From: Tubiluchus corallicola
Taxonomy: Eukaryota; Animalia; Priapulida
Direction: 5' to 3'
Length of the DNA stretch: 64,000 bases
Assembly (NCBI GenBank): GCA_030141605.1
Contig: JAQGDQ010002393.1
Location: forward strand, 64,246-128,245
Shown: positions 20,807 through 28,817 of the stretch, piece after piece
Layout of the letters: each line of letters begins with the position of its first letter
How positions within the stretch are numbered: position 1 is the first letter of the stretch
Made by a program: the position numbers and the translations under genes
Notes under the pieces: generated by a model
What the model was told of the DNA's origin: nothing
What the model saw: the letters and a program-made list of their open reading frames with translations, nothing else
Database searches by the model: none

Positions 20807-23233
20807 ATGAATAAATTTTTTAGGGTGAAACACTACTTACTATACATATTATCAACCATATTATACATAGCAACAGTTCAAGCACAAGGCTTCAAAGTAG
20901 AAGGAATAGTATTAGACGAGAGCAATACACCTCTTTCTTATGCTAATGTACAGGTCATTTCACCAGACAGTAGTTTTCTTACAGGAGCTATCACGGATGA
21001 TAATGGTATATTTCAGCTATTAGCAGAGGCAGGACAATATCAATTACAAATTAGTTTCGTAGGTTACAAGGTCATACATAAAGATTTGAATGTCAATAAA
21101 AATACTGATATAGGCACCACCCAATTGCTGCCTAACGATGAACTGCTGGAAACAATAGATATAGTAGCTCGCCGCCCTAAGATAGAGATAAGGTCGGATA
21201 TGATAGTGGCTAACATAGAAAATACCACCTTGCAAACAGGGAAAAGTAGTTTAGAAGTGTTTTCATACCTGCCAGGTTTGTTCGTCAAATCGGATGGCAC
21301 AATATTACTTAATGGAAGGAGCATAAGGGTATATATAAACGACAAAGAGTTGAGGTTAGAAGGAGAAGCTCTGCAAAATTACCTAGAAAATCTACGTTCA
21401 GAAAACATCAAAAAAATAGAAATCATCAGCAGCCCCTCAGCACAATATGATGCAGAAGGGACTGCTGGTATTATAAACATCAAGTTGAACAAGCGACAAG
21501 AAAGTGGAATAGATGGTTTCCTATCAGTAAAAAACTATATAAAAACCAAATACGGTGTTTCTCCTACCACTGGGCTAAATGTAAAATTAGGAAAATTTAC
21601 TTTTTATGGAAATTACAGCTACAATTATCATACGATGTTTTTTGAAGAGTGGGAAAAAAAAGTTCAAGAGTTCAATCAAATAGAAACCAACACATACCGT
21701 AAAAGTGCTTCTTGGAGGCATTATAATAACTTTACGATGGGTATTGATTACGAGCTACACCCTAAGCATTTTGTAGGTGTAGAATTTTTGGGCAATACAC
21801 AACGTCGTGGATTATCGCCTGAAATGGATCCCTATATTAGTTTTAGCGAAATAGAAGTCAAAGAAAATGAAGAAATAGAAACTTTGATTAAAGAATATAG
21901 AAATTATAAAGAAGACGTAAATAGAGACAATTTTCAATGGAACTTTAACTATGAATTTAAAATAGATACCTTAGGAAGAAAACTACGTTTAATAGCTGAT
22001 TACAGTCAATCTATAGAAAAGTTTTATGAACACATTAAAACAGAGTTTTATTACCCTCCTGTATCAACCTTAGACTCTACACGCATAGCAAAAATCTTGG
22101 ACAAAAATAATTCGAATATTTATTCTTCCAGAATAGATTATTTCCATCCCTTCAACAAGAATACCCGTATGGAGATGGGAGTAAAATATGCTAATACGCA
22201 ACAGTTTCAAGAAAATTCTTTCGAGTATATAGAAAATGACATTTGGATTGCTGATGAGAATATTACAAATAGTTTCGAATTTGAAGAACAAATATGGGCA
22301 GGTTATTTAAACTTTTTTAAAACTTTGGGAGGTGCAGATATACAAGCAGGCTTACGGGTAGAAAGCACACAGTGGGAAGGCAAATCCCTCATTACTGACG
22401 ATTTTACACAAGATCTTTATGCCTCATTGTTTCCCAATGTAGCCTTACAGCATTCTTTTGGCAAAGAAAAACAACATTCTTTGAGATACAGTTATGCAAA
22501 GAGGATTGGCAGACCTTACTTTTTAATATTAGTTCCTTTTTACTATTATGTTGACAACTACACCTATAGAGAAGGAAATCCTAATATAAAACCAGAATTA
22601 ACTGATTTAACCCAAATAACTTATACATACAAAAATAAATATATTGCTACATTGGCCTACTCTTATACCCCTAATGGGATAGGATTTATGCAAGAACTTG
22701 ACCCTATTTCAAATATCACCCGTGAGTCTTGGGAGAATCATATTACAAAAAATAGTCTATATATGAATATTTATCTGCCTATTGAAATAGCAAAATTTTG
22801 GGATAGTAATCATTCTTTAACTCCTTGGACTGATATAGTAAATAGCGATAGAACAGACGAAGATCTTTCAAACTCAGGAATTTATATTCAGTCCAACCAT
22901 ACCTTTTATCTCCCTAAAAACTATCAGATAAATTTGCAATTTTACTACCTATCACCCAATGGAGCATTATACAAATACTCTTCGGAAGCAGATATAAGCA
23001 TTAACATACAGAAGAAATTCAAAAATTGGATATTGCAATTAGCAGCTAATAACATTTTTGATGCAAGGAATAATGTAACCAGCACAACCACGCAAGACGG
23101 ACAAACAATTGAAAGCAAGTATAATTTCCCCAATAGGGAATTTGCCTTCACTATAAGATACAATTTCAATAGCGGTGTTTCTGTAAATAGGCGCAGTAAA
23201 GAGAAAAGCAACGAAGAAGAGTTGCAAAGGTAA
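20807..23233 (+). CDS. Outer-membrane beta-barrel/TonB-dependent receptor-like protein with N-terminal carboxypeptidase-regulatory-like domain
   Basis: Signal peptide; GAITDDNG.F..ISFVGY; SSPSAQYDAEGTAGIINIKL plug; GNPNIKPE; IRYNF near the C-terminus. Confidence 0.85.
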   Translation: MNKFFRVKHYLLYILSTILYIATVQAQGFKVEGIVLDESNTPLSYANVQVISPDSSFLTGAITDDNGIFQLLAEAGQYQLQISFVGYKVIHKDLNVNKNTDIGTTQLLPNDELLETIDIVARRPKIEIRSDMIVANIENTTLQTGKSSLEVFSYLPGLFVKSDGTILLNGRSIRVYINDKELRLEGEALQNYLENLRSENIKKIEIISSPSAQYDAEGTAGIINIKLNKRQESGIDGFLSVKNYIKTKYGVSPTTGLNVKLGKFTFYGNYSYNYHTMFFEEWEKKVQEFNQIETNTYRKSASWRHYNNFTMGIDYELHPKHFVGVEFLGNTQRRGLSPEMDPYISFSEIEVKENEEIETLIKEYRNYKEDVNRDNFQWNFNYEFKIDTLGRKLRLIADYSQSIEKFYEHIKTEFYYPPVSTLDSTRIAKILDKNNSNIYSSRIDYFHPFNKNTRMEMGVKYANTQQFQENSFEYIENDIWIADENITNSFEFEEQIWAGYLNFFKTLGGADIQAGLRVESTQWEGKSLITDDFTQDLYASLFPNVALQHSFGKEKQHSLRYSYAKRIGRPYFLILVPFYYYVDNYTYREGNPNIKPELTDLTQITYTYKNKYIATLAYSYTPNGIGFMQELDPISNITRESWENHITKNSLYMNIYLPIEIAKFWDSNHSLTPWTDIVNSDRTDEDLSNSGIYIQSNHTFYLPKNYQINLQFYYLSPNGALYKYSSEADISINIQKKFKNWILQLAANNIFDARNNVTSTTTQDGQTIESKYNFPNREFAFTIRYNFNSGVSVNRRSKEKSNEEELQR

Positions 23234-23299
23234 GAATTTAAGACTATTGTAAAGTAGATACCTGTTTTATGGGAGCTTTAAGGTTTGTCCCTTAACAAG

Positions 23300-24307
23300 T
23301 TAGGTACTATCTCTCACAATAAGTTTTGTTTGTAAAATTATAGTTTCTGGGACTATCTTTTCATTTTTGTTTGCATTAATTCTTTTTAGTAGGAGTTGAG
23401 CAGCGACTTTTCCCATTTCAAATCCTCGTTGGTCGATGGTAGTCAAAGAAGGTTCTATCATCTCGGATATAGGCTCATTGGTAAAACCAATGACAGCAAT
23501 ATCCTTAGGAACGGACAATCCTTTTTGTTTGATAGCTTTTATTGCACCTAAGGCAGTTTTATCATTTACCGCAAAAATAGCATCAGGAATATTATTATTG
23601 TTTAGCAGTTTGGCTGTTATATCTAATGATTGCTCATAGGAATCGCATTGAATAACACTTCCGTCATTAAAGTCTAAATTATTTTTCAAAAGCGCCTCTT
23701 TAAAACCTTTTATCCTGCTCCAACCTATAAGTAAGTGCGGTGAAGTAGAAAAATGAATAATTTTTTTATGTCCTTTCTTAATCAAATATTCTGTTGCATT
23801 GTAAGCTGCTTTATAATCATTTACTATTACTCTATCAGTTTTAATGTCTTCGCATATTCTATCAAAAAACACTATAGGAATGTTATAGTCCAAAACTTTC
23901 TGAAAATGGTCGTATTTTTTTGTTTCTTTCGACATAGAAATAAGTATACCATCTACTCTTTGCCTTAGTAAAGTATCAACATTTTTTATTTCTCGTTGGT
24001 ACGATTCATTTGAATTGCAAATAATGACATGATTATACTCTATATCAGCCCAATTCTCTATACCTTTAATAACCATAGAAAAGAAAGGATGAACAATTTT
24101 GGGAGTGATAATTCCTATGGTACGTGTTTTAGATGTTTTTAATCCTGCTGCTAAAATATTAGGGGAGTAGTTGAGCTTCTTCGCTAGTTTGTTAATAGAA
24201 ATTTGTGTTTTTTTACTTACTGCTGGGTGTCCCCTTAGTCCGCGAGAAACAGTTGAAACTGACACCTTTAATCTATTAGCAATATCTTTGATAGTCGTTC
24301 TTTTCAT
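23300..24307 (-). CDS. LacI family transcriptional regulator (probable regulator of the maltose/starch locus)
   Basis: TIKDIANRLKVSVSTVSRGL HTH, VFFDR, FAVND, LTTIDQ; TAATTTTG -7 box on the minus strand at 24365-72. Confidence 0.93.
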   Translation of the reverse strand: MKRTTIKDIANRLKVSVSTVSRGLRGHPAVSKKTQISINKLAKKLNYSPNILAAGLKTSKTRTIGIITPKIVHPFFSMVIKGIENWADIEYNHVIICNSNESYQREIKNVDTLLRQRVDGILISMSKETKKYDHFQKVLDYNIPIVFFDRICEDIKTDRVIVNDYKAAYNATEYLIKKGHKKIIHFSTSPHLLIGWSRIKGFKEALLKNNLDFNDGSVIQCDSYEQSLDITAKLLNNNNIPDAIFAVNDKTALGAIKAIKQKGLSVPKDIAVIGFTNEPISEMIEPSLTTIDQRGFEMGKVAAQLLLKRINANKNEKIVPETIILQTKLIVRDST

Positions 24308-24495
24308 AAAGATAGCATTGAGATAGTAGGCTATTGCACATAGCTTATTGATATGTATTTTCTACAAAATTAATAAAATAATTACCCAGTGAATAGTTTT
24401 CTCGTGATCTTTTATATTAAGGTAAAAAATATGACAAAGCATATGGCAAATTCTTTTCTATTGACAAGCAAACCTAAACTTTTCAACAATATCTT

Positions 24496-25218
24496 TCAAT
24501 TATATACAGTGTATGGTTTGTGTAGTAGAAGAAAGATAGTAGGTTGTTTGTGAATGTTGAGAGTTTGTTTTTTCCATTGAGCTATGGTTTTTGTTTTGAT
24601 ATATTCTTGTGTAGAACTTATGTTGCTAGCTATACATAGGTGAGTATTGCGGTTGCACACGGATAGAATGTCATCCAGTAGTTTGGTATTTCTGTATGGG
24701 GTTTCTATAAATATTTGCGTTTGTTGTTGTTTTCGAGATATGTCTTCCAATTGTTTCAAGCGTAGTTTTCTTTCTTTTTGGTGTATAGGTAAGTAGCCTA
24801 CGAAGGCAAAATTTTGCCCGTTTAGCCCTGAAGCCATAAGCGAAAGTAAGAGGGAAGAGGGGCCTACAAGTGGAACAACTTTTATACCTTTGGCTTGAGC
24901 AATTGCAACAATATCAGCTCCGGGGTCGGCTACAGCAGGACACCCAGCCTCTGAAATTAAACCTATGTTTTCTGTTTTTATTGGGTTTAAGAAAGAGTTT
25001 ATTTTATTGACAGGTGTATGTTTGTTGAGTTCAAAAAAGCTAAGTTTAGCTATATCTATACTTTTATCTATTTTTTTAAGATACCTTCGGGCATTTCTCA
25101 TATTTTCTACAATGAAGTAACGTAGGCTTTTAGTTATGTTCTGAACGTCGGTTGGAATAACTCTGGTTACTGTATCTTCTGCCAATAGGTTGGGTATTAA
25201 GTATAGTTTTCCGCTCAT
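24496..25218 (-). CDS. RsmI-like SAM-dependent (tetrapyrrole methylase family) methyltransferase
   Basis: LYLIP, GLISEAGCPAVADPG, GPSS, QIFIETPYRN. Confidence 0.85.
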   Translation of the reverse strand: MSGKLYLIPNLLAEDTVTRVIPTDVQNITKSLRYFIVENMRNARRYLKKIDKSIDIAKLSFFELNKHTPVNKINSFLNPIKTENIGLISEAGCPAVADPGADIVAIAQAKGIKVVPLVGPSSLLLSLMASGLNGQNFAFVGYLPIHQKERKLRLKQLEDISRKQQQTQIFIETPYRNTKLLDDILSVCNRNTHLCIASNISSTQEYIKTKTIAQWKKQTLNIHKQPTIFLLLHKPYTVYN

Positions 25219-25223
25219 TAGTT

Positions 25224-26225
25224 TTATGGGATATAGTTGGAGTTGGCAAAGATGTTTTGATAGTCTGAATTATCTAAGAACTCCGGCAAGGAAACCTTTG
25301 CATTATTTCTTATGTAGGCTTGTACAATTTTCCATCCTATATATGTTCCCATTTTGGGGGCTGAGTTGTTTGAAAAATCAGGAGTAAAGGGAGCTTCGTT
25401 TATAAAGTTGTTAATAGTTCTACGGTCGGATGAAAATAAATATTCTTTATCCACTAAGTATTTCCATACATTTTTTTCATTTTGTTGAGCCCATAGCAGT
25501 TGCTCTTCTGTATAATTTAGGAGATCTTTTTCAGTGGCTGTAGGTATCATTGCATTGATAAAATAGAGAATCTTTCCCTCGTAAATACAGTTGCTTACGA
25601 AATCATCTTTAAGGCTTTTGAACGGAAAATCAGTAGAACCTATAGCGTACATACAATCATAGACTATTCTTTCGGGTGCAAGTCTTTTTCTTAGATATAT
25701 TGGATAGTTTAGATATTCGTAGAAGACACAATTTTCTCCAAGGTATTTATCTAAGCCTATACCCAGTATATCAGTATCTATAATAATAGATTGGTTAAAG
25801 CCTGACATAAAGGTATATATGCTTGGAATACTTTTTTTAGGAAAATAATATTTGTAATGTTTAAAGGCTTTGACGAGCTGTTTCTTAATGGGTTCAAAGT
25901 TTTGAAATACTGTTTGGCAAGTATCATACACTTCTGCAAAAACAGGTGCCTTTAAAAAAGTTTCTAAGTAAGCAGGGTAGTCTGGGGCATCAGCATTTCC
26001 TATTTGAATGACAAGATTATTATAAATAGCAAAGAATTCGCCATATTTTTCTTCTAAGAAAACAATGTTTTCACCTATATTGTCGAGATTTACATTCTTT
26101 AAATCCTTTTCAAAATGCTGGATGTTGAGTTTAATGTCAATGCCAGAAACATCTACTTTAAGAGGATTATTATTACATCTAAGTAGTAGAAATAGTAGGA
26201 TAAAAATAACAAACTTTGTTTTCAT
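25224..26225 (-). CDS. gldB: Gliding motility lipoprotein GldB-like
   Basis: Signal peptide with Cys; GLDKYLG, YEGKILY, EAPFT, G.YIGWKIV. Confidence 0.8.
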   Translation of the reverse strand: MKTKFVIFILLFLLLRCNNNPLKVDVSGIDIKLNIQHFEKDLKNVNLDNIGENIVFLEEKYGEFFAIYNNLVIQIGNADAPDYPAYLETFLKAPVFAEVYDTCQTVFQNFEPIKKQLVKAFKHYKYYFPKKSIPSIYTFMSGFNQSIIIDTDILGIGLDKYLGENCVFYEYLNYPIYLRKRLAPERIVYDCMYAIGSTDFPFKSLKDDFVSNCIYEGKILYFINAMIPTATEKDLLNYTEEQLLWAQQNEKNVWKYLVDKEYLFSSDRRTINNFINEAPFTPDFSNNSAPKMGTYIGWKIVQAYIRNNAKVSLPEFLDNSDYQNIFANSNYIP

Positions 26226-26251
26226 ATAAATAACTGCTAAGGGTACTTAGA

Positions 26252-27514
26252 CTATCGTTTTAAGAAGTTCTTAAAATCATTTCCCGAAGGGCTTTGAAAA
26301 ATTTCTAACTCGAATGTTTTAACAGATGCAATAATATGGTCGAAAATGTCTGACTGAATGTTTTCATACTTTGCCCAATCTTGCTCCTTGCTAAATACAT
26401 ACACCTCTAATGGAATACCTTTGTCAGTGGGTTGCAACTGCCTGATTAAAAAGGTCATTTCATCATGTATCTTTTTGTGGCTGTGTAAATAAGCCTCCAC
26501 GTATTTTCTAAACAGTCCCAGATTAGTAAGTTTCCTGCCGTTTATATTTATAGAAATATCCACTCCGTGGGTCTTGTTATACTCATCTATTTCGTTAGCG
26601 GTTTTATGAATATAAGACTTTAACACTTGTATCTTTTGCAAGTCTTTTAACAATTTATCAGAGCAAAAATTTACACTCTTCATATCAATATTCAACGAAC
26701 GTTTTATTCGTCTTCCTTCAGACTCTTCCATCCCTGTCCAATTATGAAAAGACTCCTTCACCAAAGCATAGGTAGGAATAGTAGTAATTGTTTTATCCCA
26801 ATTCTGTACTTTTACAGTGTTTAAGGTAATATCTAACACCGTGCCGTCTGCTTCCTTAGAAGGTATTGTAATCCAGTCGCCTACTTTTACCATTTTATTA
26901 GCACTCAACTGCACACTTGCTACTAAGCCCAACAAAGTATCCTGAAATACTAAGACTAAAATAGCAGCCATAGCACCCAGCCCTGTTAGCAAATATACTG
27001 GCGACCTATCTATCAGTGTAGATATAATAAATATGACACCTATCAATATAACTACAATTTTTAATAGCTGAACGTACCCACTAATAGAATGTTTCTCGTA
27101 AAGAATATACTTCTTATATACTTGATGAACAGAGCTTATTATAGAATTTAAAATAATGATGGACAATAAGATAATGTAGGAAATAATAATTCTATGTGCA
27201 AAAGGAATAATGTTTTCGTAATCTTTAAATACAAAGTTGATAGCATAGAAAAAGATAACAGCAGGGATAATTCTTGCCATTTTGGTAAAGACTTTGTTCT
27301 TTATCAGTGAATTAACAAATTTAAGTTTAGTTCGTTTCAATATTTTCCAAACAGTAGGTAGAACTACTTTTTTCAATAATATAAAAACTCCCTTACATAG
27401 AAGAGCTATAACAATAAAATACAAAATCATCTTTAAAAAAGTAGCCACTACAATATTATGAAAAGCTACTCCCAGTAAAAATTCTCTCAAATAATTATCT
27501 AACAATTCAAGCAT
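26252..27514 (-). CDS. MscS family mechanosensitive channel, YbdG-like
   Basis: FQDTLLGLVASVQL, VGDWI, VKVQNWDKTITTIPTY, GRRIKRS, YENIQSDIFDH. Confidence 0.92.
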   Translation of the reverse strand: MLELLDNYLREFLLGVAFHNIVVATFLKMILYFIVIALLCKGVFILLKKVVLPTVWKILKRTKLKFVNSLIKNKVFTKMARIIPAVIFFYAINFVFKDYENIIPFAHRIIISYIILLSIIILNSIISSVHQVYKKYILYEKHSISGYVQLLKIVVILIGVIFIISTLIDRSPVYLLTGLGAMAAILVLVFQDTLLGLVASVQLSANKMVKVGDWITIPSKEADGTVLDITLNTVKVQNWDKTITTIPTYALVKESFHNWTGMEESEGRRIKRSLNIDMKSVNFCSDKLLKDLQKIQVLKSYIHKTANEIDEYNKTHGVDISININGRKLTNLGLFRKYVEAYLHSHKKIHDEMTFLIRQLQPTDKGIPLEVYVFSKEQDWAKYENIQSDIFDHIIASVKTFELEIFQSPSGNDFKNFLKR

Positions 27515-27536
27515 ATTTACTTATATTTAATTTTTC

Positions 27537-28502
27537 TTAAAACCCACTACTTTTCAATCGCAAACCAGTATTTTCTGGCAAGCCAAACATCAAATTCATA
27601 TTCTGAACTGCTTGCCCTGATGCACCTTTTAGCAGATTGTCAATCATTCCAATAATCATTACATTATCATTATGTTTCTCCAAATATACTACTGCTTTGT
27701 TTGTATTTACCACTTGTTTCAAATCAGGATTATCTTCTAACACTACAACAAAAGGATGCTCAGCATAATAATTAGCGTATATTCTTTGAAGTTCTGTTAA
27801 GGGTTTATCACATTTTATAACTGAAGTTGCAAAGATACCACGTGTATGATTACCCCTAATAGGAATAAAGCTAATAGCGCTACTAAAATTACTTTGTAGT
27901 TGTTTAATACTCTGACCTATTTCTGCCAAATGTTGGTGAGTAAAAGCCTTATAAACTGATATATTGCTACATCTCCAGCTAAAGTGCGAAGTAGGTGTAG
28001 GAGCTTGTCCAGCACCCGTAGAACCAGTAATAGCATTCACCACCACATCGTTTTGTAGTAAATTTTCTTTGGCTAAAGGTAATAGAGACAGTTCAATAGC
28101 CGTGGCAAAGCATCCCGGATTGGCAATATACTTTGCACTTTTTATTTTCTCTCGTTGTAACTCAGGTAAACCATAAATAAAGTTGTGATTATCATCTTTA
28201 ATCCTAAAGTCGTGACTTAAATCAATTACTTTCACCTCATTTGGCACATTATTTATTTCCATAAATTCCTTAGACCTTCCGTGTCCCATACATAAGAAAA
28301 GTACGTCTACATCATAGCTCACCTTGTCCGAAAACTTCAAGTCTGTTTCTCCTGCCAAATCACGATGTACTTCTGACAAAACGTTACCTTTGTTACTATT
28401 ACTATGTACAAAGGAAATATGCACATTCGAATGATGTAGTAATATACGTATTAACTCACCTCCCGTGTAGCCTGCGCCACCTACTATTCCTGCTTTTATC
28501 AT
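27537..28502 (-). CDS. argC: N-acetyl-gamma-glutamyl-phosphate reductase
   Basis: GGAGYTGGEL, IDLSHDFR, ANPGCFAT, DNLLKGASGQAVQNMN. Confidence 0.96.
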   Translation of the reverse strand: MIKAGIVGGAGYTGGELIRILLHHSNVHISFVHSNSNKGNVLSEVHRDLAGETDLKFSDKVSYDVDVLFLCMGHGRSKEFMEINNVPNEVKVIDLSHDFRIKDDNHNFIYGLPELQREKIKSAKYIANPGCFATAIELSLLPLAKENLLQNDVVVNAITGSTGAGQAPTPTSHFSWRCSNISVYKAFTHQHLAEIGQSIKQLQSNFSSAISFIPIRGNHTRGIFATSVIKCDKPLTELQRIYANYYAEHPFVVVLEDNPDLKQVVNTNKAVVYLEKHNDNVMIIGMIDNLLKGASGQAVQNMNLMFGLPENTGLRLKSSGF

Positions 28503-28744
28503 CTTTTATTCTTATTGTGTCAATATGTAATCTATTAGCAAAAAGCAATATACAATATGTTGTCGTTTCTACTTCCAAACAAGCTCGTGCTTGAACAGGC
28601 AGAGAGGCAACAATTACATAACTTAACCTTATTATGAAAAAATAAATATTACAAAAATAATAAAATAAACCTATTTATATGTAACTACAATAGACGTAAA
28701 TTTATACCCACTATAATACACATCTTATTAAATTTATCTATCAC

Positions 28745-28776
28745 TTTGTTTAAAACTACTTTTTTAAGTAAATTTG
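28745..28776 (+). promoter_or_regulatory. Bacteroidota -33/-7 promoter of the thr operon
   Basis: TTTG (28745-48), a 20 bp spacer, then TAAATTTG (28769-76); 41 bp before thrA. Confidence 0.7.
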
Positions 28777-28817
28777 CAAACCCATTTAACACGTTTTATG
28801 CAGTTAAAAATTAAATA

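Noticed and set aside
20591-20833. 80 aa hydrophobic minus-strand ORF between the sensor and the barrel
   Set aside because: Overlaps both neighbours in antisense and has no motif support.
28503-28817. ArgR boxes or a thr attenuator between argC and thrA
   Set aside because: No convincing ARG box, Thr-rich leader or terminator.
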